64,000 nt of DNA, from positions 163,866,001 through 163,930,000 of the forward strand of contig NC_091471.1 of the NCBI RefSeq assembly GCF_036971445.1, read 5' to 3'. Below, piece by piece: positions 36,141 through 49,600 of this stretch. The position numbers and the translations under genes were made by a program. Under the pieces are notes generated by a model, which made no database searches, was not told where the DNA came from, and was given only the letters and a program-made list of their open reading frames with translations. This DNA is from Narcine bancroftii. Taxonomy: Eukaryota. How positions within the stretch are numbered: position 1 is the stretch's first letter; every line of letters begins with the position of its first letter.

Positions 36141-36579
36141 TCAGACTCAGTGAGTCTACAATAAGAAAACATTAACTACAGTAAGAGTAGAGTTAATGCA
36201 TTAGCTCCAATTAAAATAAGAGTGCTGAAAGAGAAGTACAATAAAGGTTGCATTATAGAGTGAATGGAAGCACATCAGTTATGGTAAGATTAAATATAAT
36301 AAGACAATAATTAGACGTTATTAACCTCAGTTAGAGTACGAGAAACATTTACTCATTAAAGTACGGTAAGACCCAATTACTCCATCTAATTTAGAAAGAA
36401 TGCATTAACTGTAGTCAGAAGACTTCAATGAATTATAGTACAATAAGAATACATAAAGTATAACCATCTTAATATTAATGAATTAATACATTAAAACATT
36501 AAACATATGAACTTATTGAATGTTATTTGCATAGCAAATCCAACACCAGAATATTATACCCCATCTGCAGTTTTGACCA

Positions 36580-37333
36580 AAGATTCAAGATTCAATTTAT
36601 TGTCATGTAATAAAAACAGTGTCATATTACATTAAATTGCTTTTGTCTGCTGTAAGGCAGACAGATTTGCCATCGGCAGAAGTTGCCTGAAGTGCCTCTT
36701 ACAGTCAAAGAGAACCAAAAGAGAGTTCCCACCAGAGTCTCAAACTGTCCATGGATTCACCTCCAGCACTTCCACAGCCACACAGAGTCCAGTTCAAGCC
36801 ATCATCAACACGATCTACAGGTCTGAACTTCCGATACGATTAGGAACCTTACAGTGTTCTCAGCACCCTCTTGCATCCCGGTTGCGATACCTGGTTACCC
36901 CTACAGCCAGTTTCGAGTCAGTCTCCAGCATTCTGCAGCCTTTGACCGCAGACTCCAGCACCCCACAGCCTGCGAGGGTTTTACATCTTGAGTTGCCAGC
37001 AGCCCACTGCTTGTGTGGTTCCATCACCCGCAGAACCCCTCACTTGTCCACCGCCGTGATCACTGTCCCGTGGATCGTCTCCTCTATTTCTCCTTCTAAG
37101 ATGGGGGGAGGGGGTGGTCTCCATGTTTTCGGGTGCACTGCTCTAGTCCTATGTTTCCATGGAGTCCGCAACCATTTGTTGCTTCTGCCAATCATAGGCA
37201 CTAAAACTACTGTCGATTCTTCTAACAGGCCATTTTAAATTGGTACAGAGCTGATGGCAGTCAGACTGGGGGGAACACTGTGACTCCATTCCCCACTCCC
37301 CATTACAGCAGCTCTGGCTGCACCTTCTTTTTT
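36580..37333 (-). mobile_element. Non-autonomous retroelement, copy 2 of the 22843 family
   Basis: agattcaagattcaatttattgtcatgtaataaaaacagtgt...taaggcagacagatttgccatc is shared with the 22843 copy. Confidence 0.7.
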
Positions 37334-37739
37334 GACCATTGAACAGGAATTTGAGGCATTTGAGAAATGAGAGACGTGTTACATTGTACAACAAACTTTA
37401 AATAGAAATGGTTGAGTATTTTTAGAAATGACATAGTTCCATGCAAAACACGTTTTAGCATATCTTGATGTGTTTTGCTCTGCTCATGGTTTTGTGAAGG
37501 TGTTTCTCTTTAAGCTCCTGCAGTTGCCTCCACTAGTACAGAGGCAATGTGCATTCAGGAAGGGTATGTGGCCTCAATAAAGTTTCATACATCTGTAACA
37601 TAATTCCCATTCTTTGATCCTCAAGACCCCTCAGGATTGCATCTGCATAAAGAAAGTATTCATTTGTTACTATTATAATTATGAAAGAAAAGTTGCCGTG
37701 TCACATAGCATGGAAAAATATTTAACATTAAAAAGTTAT

Positions 37740-37960
37740 ATTTTAAATTTCAATTATATAAGATGGTAGAAGGCCCTTTCAGGCCATGAAATCTGTGCCA
37801 CCTAATTATACCCAATTAATCTACCAACCACATTGGTTTTTAAAGGGTGGGAGGAGACTGGAGGACCTGGATAAAACCCATACAGGCCATGGATTTGAAC
37901 CCAGGACGTGGGCGCTGTAATAGCTTTGCACTAACTGCTACGCTGTCAGTACCACCCAGC
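37740..37960 (-). mobile_element. tRNA-derived SINE with internal deletion
   Basis: Reverse tail, cccaattaa, gggtgggagga.actggag, ggatttgaacc and ctaactgctacgct. Confidence 0.75.
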
Positions 37961-38584
37961 CTATTCTGCCCACCACGCCGATATTGCCCAGTGGGTACCC
38001 AGCCATATTAATCCCATCTAATATTATTTTGCCTGCATGCTTGGGGAATTTAAGTGCTCTTCTTGACACATCCTCAATGTTCTCAGTGACTCTGCTTCCA
38101 CCACTCTCTCAGGCAGTTCATTTCTGGTACTCACCTGTCCCTGAATGATAAAGGCCTTCAAACCCTTACACTAAACCACATCCTCTACTTTCATCTACCT
38201 CTGATCATGGAGGAAAATGTGTTGCATTCTGCTTCATTTACACACCTTATAATTGTTTATCGCTCAATTGAAATAAACAAAATGCTTTATTGGGAATCCT
38301 GACACCATTAAAAATGAGAGCACATAGCTTTCCAAGGGAAATTACTACCAAGAGCATTACCATCAGTTTGGTGATTACACTTGAATAGGAGACATGCTCA
38401 TGTTGCCTGGAAATAGCTTTTGACTCTCATTCATAGTTCTGGGTCAGCAGGTTGAAAGCAACAAGATTTTCATGTGAGGGAGATAAAAAAAAGACACTTC
38501 GCTAACCCTTCCCCCTCTTACCTTTAATATAGTTTCCTTATGAGTATTTGGCTTAGTGAGGGGAAGGTCGTTCCTCCTCAGCCT

Positions 38585-38954
38585 AATTTAGATTTTTGAG
38601 TAAGTTACAAAAGAAATTGATGAAGGTAGGGTGGCAGATGTGGTATATGTGCATTTTAGAAAGACATTTGACAAGTTTCCCCATGAGAGGCTTGGATTTT
38701 TCTCTTTGGAGTGAAGAAGGATGAAAGGTGATTTAATAGAGGTCTACAAGATTCTGAAAGGCATGGATAGAGTGGCCTTTTTTCCCTAAGACAGGAGTAG
38801 CAAACACCAGAGGATATCTGCACAAAGTGAAGGGAAGAAAGTTTAGGTGAGACATCATAAGTTTACCACAAAGAGAGTTGTGGATGTCTGGAATACCTGG
38901 CCAGGGGTTGTGGTGGAGGCTGAAATATTAGGGGTATTTAAAAGACTCTTAGGC
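38585..38954 (+). mobile_element. CR1 fragment, left part (3' end resumes at 54728-54862)
   Basis: DVVYVHFRKTFDKFPH, an internal deletion, then GDLIEVYKILKG; breaks at aagactcttaggc. Confidence 0.8.
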
Positions 38955-39924
38955 ATGGAGGCAGCAATGAGGGAAGACATGCAAATGTGAGCCCCCTAAG
39001 AGTGCCTCAATAGTTATCTTTTATTTTGCTATGTTATTGTTAAAACTGCTTTCCTAAAATTTTCAAAACAAATCTCCTTTGCTAATAATGCATGTCCCAA
39101 TATAATCTTAGAAGCAAGAAAGACATTTTATCGTTAACTGAAGAAACAACTGGACCAGCTCTGGAAAAGGTTGAAGGCTTTCCCTCGAGACAGTCATGAT
39201 GGCCATTCTGGAAAGTAAGGAAGAAATATCCACACAAATCAACACTAAAACAACTGTCATCCAGTCCTTGCTAATTAAAATAGTGTCTGCATTCTCAGCA
39301 CTAGCTGTCCAAGTTAAGGAAATGGAGGGGCTCGTGAAGACAATGTAATAGAAGTCACCATGTACATTGATGAATTAGAGAAAGATGTGCAGTTGTTGAA
39401 AGACAAGGTGAACAACATGGAAAACAGGAGCAGGTGAGATAATATACGGACACTTAATCTCCCTGAGAAAGCTGAAGGTGGTGATGCAGATGAATTTTTG
39501 GAATGAATGCTATCAGAAATCTTTGGCATCAAAAATTTTCCTGCTCCCATCACCTGTGAGAGAGCCCACCACTTGGGAAAACCCCATACCAATGAAACTG
39601 ACTCATGGAGACTGAGACCTATAATCACGAAGATCCTCAACTTTAAGGTCAAGGAGAAGATTATGCACCTGGTCAGGCAAAAAGGAGTGATTCATTATGA
39701 AAATAACAGGATTTACATAATTCCCCACTGCTGCCTGAGATTTCATTGCCTTAAGGACACCTTCAAGTAGGTCAAGAAGAGCCCATGGAAGAGGGGTATT
39801 GACTATTCACTGCACTATCCAGCTAAACTTTGTGTTATGCGTAAGGAAGTCACCAAATGGTTTGTTACTATTGCTGCAATGGTGGAGTTTTTGAAACCTA
39901 TCAACAATAATGACCATAGTCTTC

Positions 39925-42900
39925 TTGCTCCATGCACCATGGACCGAGGGGTGGTTGGTTGCAGGGTGCCCTGCATGTGCCAGATCCCAGATGGAAACAG
40001 TGTCCTGTCACCCATCCTGGTACTCTACGTAGGCTTTTTTGGGGGTTGGTATGGAGGAGGTGAACTTTCTAGACCGGGGGCCAGTCTTGTAGTGCCTGAC
40101 GTGCCTCCGAAGCAGTATGGGCCCTGGGTTCATCAGCCAGGATGGTAATGTTGTTCCCAATGCTGACTTCCCGGGGAAGGAAAAGACCCTTTCAGGTGGT
40201 GTGGCATTCCTTCTTTCTACATGTCCATTCCCCGTGGTCTTGCTCATGGCTAAGCCCTTCTCCAAGAGCTCCTTGCTCATGAATGAGGATCCCCGGGTCA
40301 CTATGAATGTAGCAGGGGTAGCCAAACAGAGCAAAGATGCCACACAGTGCCTTTATGACATGGCTGTGGTCATGTTCAAGCAGGGGATGGCAAAGTGGAG
40401 ATGGGAGTACTTGTCTGAAATGTTGAGGAAATACACATTGCTGTTTGTGAACAGGAGGGGTCCCTTAAAGTCCATACTCAACCGCTTGAAGGGATGGATG
40501 GTTTTGATGAGGTGGGTTTTGTCTGGCCGGTAGAACTGGGGTTTACATTCAACACAGACTGGGCAGTTCTGAGTCAACTCCCTGATGTCTTCGACAAAGT
40601 AGGGGAGGTTATGGGCTCTGACGAAGTGGTAGAGCCTGGTGACGCCAAGGTGACAGAGGTTGATGTGATGGGCTTGGAGGTGGTTCAAATGAATGTTGGT
40701 GCATGTCCCCCTGGACAGTGCATCGAAAGGCTCATTGACCTTCCTGGGCCGGTACAAGATCTTGTAGTTGTAGGTGAATAGCCTAATTCTCCACCTCAGG
40801 CAGGATCTTGTCATTCTTGATTTTTTTCTCTGCTGTTTGTTATTCCACATAAAAGTGACTGCACGTTGGTCAGTCAGCAGGGTGAATGGTTTTCCGGCCA
40901 GGTAATGTCTCCAGTTACACACCACTTCCACTATGACCTTGGCCTCCTTTTCATGGCTATGTGCCAAAGTTCGGGGCCCTGGAGGGTTTGGGAGAAGATT
41001 ACCAAGGGCCTGACCACCTGGTTGAGCGTGGCAGCCAGGACGAAGTCGGACGCATTATTTTCCATTGGAAAGTGATGGATTCATCCACAGCACGCATCAA
41101 CATTTTGGTGATGTCACCCTTGATGCGTGTGAATGCCATTTGGGCTTATGCTGACAGGGAAAAAGTGGTCAATTTCACCAGGGGACAGGCTTTGTCTGTG
41201 TATTTGGGGACCTATTGGGCACAATAAGAAAAGAAGACCAAGCACATTTTCAGGAGCTTGAGGATCTGGGGCAAAGGGAGTTCCAACAGGGGCACATGCA
41301 GTCAGTGTCTGGGGCAATCTTGCCATTCTCCACCACACAGCCCAGGATGCCCAGCCATAAGAGCTAATGATGCACCTCCTTTGGTTATAGGTCAGATTGG
41401 GGCTTTTGGCCACCTGGAGAAACTCGTGGAGGTTGGCATCATGGCCTAGTGGTCATGGCCGCAGATGGTCACCTTGTCCAAGTCACATTGTCCCTCTCTC
41501 TTTGGAAGATGGAGACCCCACTGGTGACCCCAAAGGGGTCTCAGAGGAAGTGGTAGAGGCAGCCAACTGCTGCGAAGGCAGTATATGGGCTGTCCTCCAG
41601 CCGGATGGGCAGTTGATGGTACACCGACTTGAGGTCAATGGTTTAGAAGACCTGGTACTGGGCAATCTCATTTACCATGTTGGTGATGGCAGGAAAGTGG
41701 CTAGGCATACAGCTGGGTGAAGCGGATTATGGTCTGACTATAATCGATGACCATGTGGCATTTCTCCCTTTACAACCATCGCTTGAACTCTCCAGGTAAG
41801 GGTGCTGGGCTCAATGATCCCCTCTGCTGGAAGCTGTTTGACTTCTGTGTTGATGAAGGCTCTATCCCCGGGGCTGTATCACCTGCTCTTGGTGGCAACA
41901 GGCTTGCAGTTGGGGGTGAGGTTCTTAAACAGGGACAGCAGTGGAACCCAGAGGGTAGAGAGGCTGCAGGTCATGTTTGGAGAGGGTTGGTGGCTTAAGA
42001 GTTTGGTGAGACTGACCATGAGGGGCGGATGTGGGCTGTCCATCAGTATCCAGACGCTCTTTAGCTGGCACTGGAAGACCAGTCCCAGTATGACTGGCGC
42101 ACAAAGGTAAGGAATGATCAGGAGTCTAAAGTTCTTATATTCCATCCCTTGCACAGTCAGGGACATGCTACAGCAGCCACAGATCTCAGCCAAGAGAGAT
42201 TTGGAGGCCAAGAAGACCTTACATTGTACTGTGAGGGAGTAGCATTGTATAGTACCCTGGCCGATGAAGTTCTCAGTGCTTCCTGTGTTGAATAAGCAGC
42301 TTGCGGTGTAGCCGTTTACCTTGATGGTCATCATGACCTTGGCCAGTTGATTTGGGCTATCTTGATCAAGGATGATGGAGGCCAGAGTCTGTTAGCTGCC
42401 CGAGTCACTGCTGTATAGGTTCGGGGGTGCCTGCCAAGATGGTAGCTCCATATTACTATGCAGGGCTGTCCTTCACCACCGGAAGTGATGCCAGAACTGG
42501 TGCTGCCCTGGCTTGCCATCTCCAGTTGTTTCTCACAACCGGAAGTTACGCCAAACGTGGAGCTGGAAATGGTGTGGTCCAAGATGTCAGTGGCTGGTGT
42601 CTACACGTGGCACTGCTGGAGGAAGGTTGGGACCTACATACCTTCCTGTAGTTTCTCTTATTTCCGCAGGTGGAGCACATTTTGGTCACGCTGCCTTCTA
42701 GGGATGTTTCGTGTCCACAGAAGTAGCACTTCAGGTGCTCGATGGTGATGACAGTGATGTGGGACCCTGCATCCCAAGATGGTGGTGCCCACATTTCCCG
42801 AGGAGAATGCTTCGGCATTCTGTTGCACTTTCTCGAGCAATTTTGCCAATTTCACAACCTCCTGCAGGCTCTGATCACCTTTTTCAAACAGTCTCTGTCT

Positions 42901-43588
42901 GATATAATCAGACCTGAATCCAGCCACACATCGCACATCAGACCTTTAAGGTGGGCAGTTGTTGAGACTTCTCAGCAGTTGCAGGCTCGCCCCTGCTCCC
43001 ACAGTGCCCACATGTATTCGTCAACAGAGACACCAGGTGCTTTTTAATCACTGCCCAGGAGAAATAGGGCATAGATGATGTTCATCGGGACCTGGTACTC
43101 TTTCTGTGGGGAGTCCATCGGAGCAGTGTAAGTAGGACAATCTCCTATTGTTTGAAAAACCCGTTGGGTGACCTGAGCGAAGAGAAGATCACATTTGTCT
43201 TCTTCGCTTTGCATGCAGTTTCACTGCATTGCAGCAGTGCACCCACTGGTCAAATTTGACTGAGGCCTCTGGGTCCTTAGGGTCGATGTCGAGTTTATCT
43301 GCCCATATTACCTTGTCCGTTGCCCAAATGTATAGGTGATTAAATTGTGCTACCAATCAATCACATTAGACAAGGATCTGTGATTAATAGACTTTAATCA
43401 CCTTTAGATATCAGCCCATCTTCCCTGTTGCTGACCTGGTTTGAAGGCAGGTACTGACGGAGGGCTTTGGGCATAACAGTCTTTATGGAAATATCCGGGA
43501 GGGACGAGTCACTAGTTCAGTGGTGTGCCAGCCCATACAGCACATACATACAATATACGTAGTGGTAGCACACAGTGGTAGCACCACA
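39925..43588 (-). mobile_element. Decayed Gypsy element (5' LTR 43346-43588; 3' LTR deleted) nested in L1
   Basis: gag FRSDYIRQRL, protease CLFNTGSTENFI, RT remnant LDKVTICGHD, RH EKEAKVIVE..WRHYL..TDQ, IN HLGVTR..CPVC..DFKGPL, GNGHVER. Confidence 0.9.
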
Positions 43589-44679
43589 CATATTTAAAGA
43601 GACATTTCACTGATAGAGTGTTTATTCAAGAGACTCACCTCTCTGACACAGAACATATAAAGTTAAAAAGGTAGGTTGAACATGTTTTCTATTCTTCATT
43701 TACCTAAAAGCAAGGTGAATAGCTATACTCATTAATAAAAATATGAGGTTTAAACTAATTCAATAGAAAAATAGAATTCTTTTAGCTAATTGTGAACTGA
43801 ATATAAATAGGGTCATACTGATTAATGTTTATGGCCCCAACTATGACAATCCCGCTTTATTTAATGATTTGATATTAAAACTTACAACAGCTTTGGATGA
43901 CTGTCTGGTTGGTGGTGACTTCAATTTGGTCCTAGACCCAGCAAGATCTTTTAATTGTTCAAGGGCAGCATCAGTCCTGGATCAGGGTATGAGGGATTTG
44001 GTGTTATACAATATTTGGCTTTAACTTAATCCAAATGTAAATGATTTTTCCTACTTTTCAAATGTGCATGGCTCCTATTCTTGAATGACATGTTTTTAAT
44101 ATCCTTAAGTATGATATCCAGGGTTACTGAATGCTTCTCTCTACCGGCTATACTTTCTGAACATAATCCAATTAAGATGACTTGGAGGATGGATATTACA
44201 CAATAATCTTCTTATAGTTGGAGATTTAAAATATATATGCTTAATGATCCGGAATTTCTCAGATTTATGAACGCTCAATTCAAATTTTTCTTTCCACGCT
44301 AACATATGGGAGGCTTTAAAAGCATATGAGAAGACAAGTTCTTTCATAGAACACACATAAGATAAGAGAATAAAGGAAAACTCTTGCATCTGTAGAGAAA
44401 GATTGGAAATCTTGAACATGAGCATGCTTTTACTAAAAGTGAAGAAGTACTTACTACATTGCTTTAAAATGGACCCATTATAATAATTTATGTACAAGTA
44501 AAGCTAAGGCAAGTATGTCCAGGACTAGCTATCACTATTACAAATTCAGAAACACATAAAAAAATAAATTATTAGCCTGGCAAATAGACTTATCCAATCT
44601 ATTGTTATGGATAATGGCAACTCCCTCATTGATTCACAGGACATAAATCAAGAATTTACAAAGTTTTATGAAAGACTAT

Positions 44680-44918
44680 TGTGATAGTACAGATTCTATC
44701 ACCAATGTGTATATGTACATATGTACAGATGGTAGTGTAGGATGACTGTGATTGGCTGAGAGTGTAGCCACACCTACTGGCAGGTTTTAAAGGATTGCTC
44801 CTAGCCAGACCAGGTCATTCTGGACTGGTCGACCTACTTGTGATATGCTCCAGTCTTTTAGTTAATAAAAGCCTTGGTTTGGATCAACAAGTCTTTGGTT
44901 CTTTCGATGCGCATTGCA
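44680..44918 (+). mobile_element. Solo LTR in L1 ORF2
   Basis: TG...CA termini (tgtgat / attgca), internal attgg and aataaa, 5-bp TSD actat/attat. Confidence 0.85.
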
Positions 44919-46160
44919 ATTATGTAAGACATGATATAGGAAACATCAAAGCAGCACGTTTCTTGAACTCATTAAATCTGCCTAAGTTAGATCCTAAGGT
45001 AAAAGATCGTCCTGTAGTGGATATATCTGAAGAAGAGGTTCTTGGCACTATGAAATCTCTACAGAGCAATAAAGCTCTGGGGCCAGATGCCTTTCCAATT
45101 GAATTATTTAAAGCCTTCTCAGATAAGCTTTTAACCCCTTTAACAAATATGTTTAAGGAAGCGCTGAATAATAAAATTCTGCCTAGTTCTCTGGGATTGG
45201 CTACAATAACATTACTTCCAAAACCTGAGAAGGACGGTCAAAAATGTACTTCTTATCGGCCCCTTAGTCTTTTGAATTCAGATTACAAAATTTTATCAAA
45301 ATTAATTGCATCAAGATGACATTATCCCCAAAATTATTATTGCTGATCAGACAGGGTTTGCCAGAAATCGATATGGATCTGACAATGTACTGAGACTTTT
45401 TCACACAATGGAAGTGGTTCAAATGCAAAATGATCCCACGTTGATAATGTCGATGGATGTAGAGAAGGCATTCGACAGGATTGAACCTCGTTTCCTTTTG
45501 CAAACTCTTAAAACAATGCATTTTGGAGAGAGATTTATTCAATACATTGAACCATTTTTTTCCTGGTCCTAAAGCACAAATTCTAAGTAATGGAGTCCTA
45601 TTAGGAACCATCCCACTATCCAGAGGCATCTGCCAAAGTTGTCCAAGTGCTTGGCTCTGTTCCCAATAGCTATTGAGCTGTTGACTGTTGCCACTTGTTT
45701 TAATCCCACCATTACCAGCATTACGTTTCGCTCAAATGAGCACAAACTAGTCTGTCACGCTGATAATTTTTTAGTTTTCCTGTCTGATCCAACAAAATCA
45801 TTACCCTCCCTTCTGCAATGTTTCCAATGATATAGTGCAACTTCTGAATATGAATTAAACCTTTTAAAAAATGAAGTCATGTCTTTTAATATACAGGATA
45901 ATAACATCAAGTGCCTAGTCAAATCCTTGCAATGGTGCCTAAATGGATTTAAATATTTAGGCATAGAAATTAGGCGATCTGCAGACAAAATCTTTAAAGA
46001 TAATTACATCAAATTATTGAATCAGGTTAAATTAGATCTGCAGAAATGGAGGGAACTGCCATTATCTTTAATTGGAAGAGTGAACTTTAATTAAAATGAA
46101 TGTACTCCCCAAATTTCTATATTTATTCCAACGTGTCACAATTAAAATTCCCAAGTCTAC

Positions 46161-46674
46161 TTTTTTTGTTTGTTTATTTAATATTTCACTGTGAACTACT
46201 ACAATAACAATATATACATTCATCATTAAAATATGCACAGTGACATTTTTCCCCTTTTTCCTCCCACCCTCCCCACCCCTATAACATAAAGTAAAAGAAA
46301 AAAAAAGTAATAAAAATAAATAAACAATAAAGGAATACAAAAGAAAAAAGAAGTTGAGTCATCTTATATCTTATATTTAAGTTTTTTTTATATTTGTCAT
46401 TTATTATTTTAAGAGGTAGAGGTATGAAATTAGTGGTTTCTAGTGTACTCTATGTATGGTTTCCAAATTTGTTCAAATAAAGTATATTTGTCTTTTAGAT
46501 TATAGGTAATTTTTTTTTCTAATGGAATACACTTGTTCATTTCTATGGCCCATTGTTGTATTTTTAAGGTTGCTTCTATTTTCCAAGTTGTCATTGTGCA
46601 TTTTTTTTGCTGCTGAGAATGCAATCATAATAAATCTTTTTTGAGTTTTGTCTAATGTTAGGCCTGATTCTTCA
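46161..46674 (-). mobile_element. 5'-truncated L1 3' end inserted antisense in host L1 ORF2
   Basis: Starts with poly-T; minus strand reads WKIEATLKIQQWAIEMNKCIPLEK..FEQIWKPY. The host frame KIPKST..NELNKSM resumes afterwards; flanks tctactt/tcgactt. Confidence 0.8.
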
Positions 46675-49600
46675 TCGACTTAATGAATTAAACAAATCAA
46701 TGTCCGTCTTCTTAGGGAAAAGTAAAGTCCCTAGAGTCAAACTCTCAACCCTTCAGGCTCCTTATGCCAAGGAAGGATTAAATCTTCCTAATTTTAAATG
46801 TTACCACCTTGCAGCTAAATTCCAATCAATATGGTGTTGGTTGCACTCTTAGGTCAATGAGGCTAGATGGTTTCCTATTGAACAAGATCAACTAAAGAAT
46901 GTTCCCTTAAAAGTTCTTCCCTTTTTAACATTTAAATATTACTAAGAACCCTATAATTCTAAAGTCTTTTGCAGTATGCCAAGAAGCTCATGCAATTATT
47001 GGTATAAATACCTCATTATTTTGGAAAACTCCTCTGTGGTATAACTCCAATATCCCCCACCTGATTGCAGATGAACTTTTAAAAAATTGAGTTATAAGTG
47101 GTATAAAAATAGCTGAAGATTTATACAGCCAAGATAACTTCACCAATTTCAACAATTGTCAGGTAAATTCAATCTACAAAATCATAATTTACTCAAATAT
47201 TTTCAGATTAGACACGAGGTCCGGAGTAATTATACAGTCTATCATCAAATTGCAACAGAAACCCCGTTTGAAAAACACTTACTTAGTTAAGCCCTGTACA
47301 CAACAAAAGGTCTGACATTGTCGATTTATATCATTTTAAACAGTAGCTTGCCAATCTATACAAAGAGTGATATTAAAAATAATTGGGAATCAGTTCTTGA
47401 ATACAATTACAATGATACTAATTGGTGTAATATCCTTCAAATGTCTCAAACTGCATTAATCTCAACTAAACATAGACAAATACAGTTTAATATCTTTAAA
47501 AGGACCTACTACACTCCACAAAATATACCATAACCCCTCTCCCAATTATTGGAGATGTAAAACTTGTGATGGAGATTTACTTCATATGCTTTGGGATTGC
47601 TCTTATCTGGAAGAGTCTTGGAAATACATTGTTAAAATAACCTCAGGTATTATAAAAACTGAAATTACATCTGACCCTAGGGTTTGGATTTTTGGAGATC
47701 TACAAGGACTTAATGTGAACCACTACTTAAAAAAGTACTTTATATTGCTTGCAACCACAGTTGAGAAAAAGTAAATCCTACAAACTGGAAATCTTAATTT
47801 CCTCCTTCACAGAGGCAATGTTTAAATGAGTTAACATCCTATAGGACACCAGGAAATATTTTGTACAGTGTGAGGAGGAAAACAGCAATATACAAAAAAA
47901 ATATGGGGCTCTTTTTTGACCTTATTACCATTATTACACCTTTTCAGTTTCTGAATTAGTTGGGATACCTATCTTCCTGTACTCCTACTATCTGGTCAAA
48001 GTAGTAATATGTACCAGATTAATATACATTAGGATCTCGTACCTTACTTGATTTCATTTATTTTTTATATTATTCAATTGTGAACATAGGAGAAATTTAT
48101 ACCATACCAGGATTGCTTGTGGGGGTGGGAGGAAGCATTGTATTTGTTCATTTGTTTGAGCTTTTTTTCTTATGTGTATCTGTTTATACCAGAGGTTTTC
48201 AAACTGCCCCCTAAACTCACATTCTACCTTAAGCAACCCCTATACCATCAGTGATCTGTGATTAGTAAGGGATCACTTAAGGTGAGATGTGAGTGGGAAG
48301 GGAAGGTTGAGAATCACTGCTCTAGACCCAATTGTTACTGAAATATTTTGCTTGAGAAAAATTGTCTAAGAACTTTGGAGTTATGAAAAATCGTGCACAT
48401 AACGAGTCAATTAGTTATGATTTTCAAACCTATTTTCTTTCCACTCACATACCACCTCAAGCAATCCCTTACTAATCACAGATCACCTATGGCATAGGGA
48501 TTGTTCAAGGTGGAATGTGAGTTTAGGGGGGCAGTTTGAAAATTACTTCATCTTGTATTTGTATGTGTGAGTTCTTAGACAACACATGGATGAAGGAAAA
48601 GGTTCTTTACTTTAAAGTTGATGTAAACAGCACCATGAGGCATGCCATGAGGCTGCAAGCCTCCATTACGGGTCTAACTTACTGCAGTGCCCTGCTCTGT
48701 GTGTCAGTCCCCTGCTGGCAGCCAAGTCTAATCCTATGGTAAGGCATTACTAATTGCATTGCAACCATGATCACTATCATTGCATTTCTCTTTCTTAAAA
48801 CAAAAGTAGCTTACTTTTAACTAACATGTTTTCTTTGTATAACTCTGCAATTTTAACTTTAACATCAGGAACTTACATTTTCATTATTATCAACATTATT
48901 AACATTTTTAAAACTTGTTTTTTGTGTTCAAATTTACATGCACTAAAACTTGAAGAGTGAATAAGATAGCACTAACAAGGGTCTTTAAATTTGCTGAATG
49001 AGTCTCTTTGGAGGAATCATGTCTCTTGACAATCTCCTGATTGATTGTCCTTGAATCTGTGTTGTTACCTCAGACGATATCTTCTCAGATGTGCATTCAG
49101 GTTGTTCAACAGTATCTGTCTTCCATCTACTGTGGCTGGTCCTATTTGAAGATCTCAATGATTTATTTGCAGAACAGCACCTTCATCTGTCCGAATGGTG
49201 TATGATCTTGGTCGGACTTCACTAAGAATAGTTCCCTCTGAGTCCATAAGTTTGTTTTGTCTTTTTAGCTTTACTTTGTCACTAGCGTGGAGTTCCGGTA
49301 GGTTTTTTGTTCCTCTATCAAAGTAATACTTTTGTTGCTTTTCTTTTTGTTGTTCTTTGAATTTGCTCTTGTTCTCCCCCTATTTTGTCTTTCGGAGGTT
49401 CTCCTGAATCGGTAGGTTTGATCTTAGCCTACATCTTATAAGGAGTTGTGCTGGTGACAATAATAATACCACACTCGAGCGGTGTTGTGCGGCATACTCT
49501 GGTAGAAGTCTGTTCCACTGTCTTTTGCCTTGTTCATCAGTCTTTTCACTGTCTGTACTGATTTTTCCACTAGACCATTAGACTTTGAAAAATGAGGACT

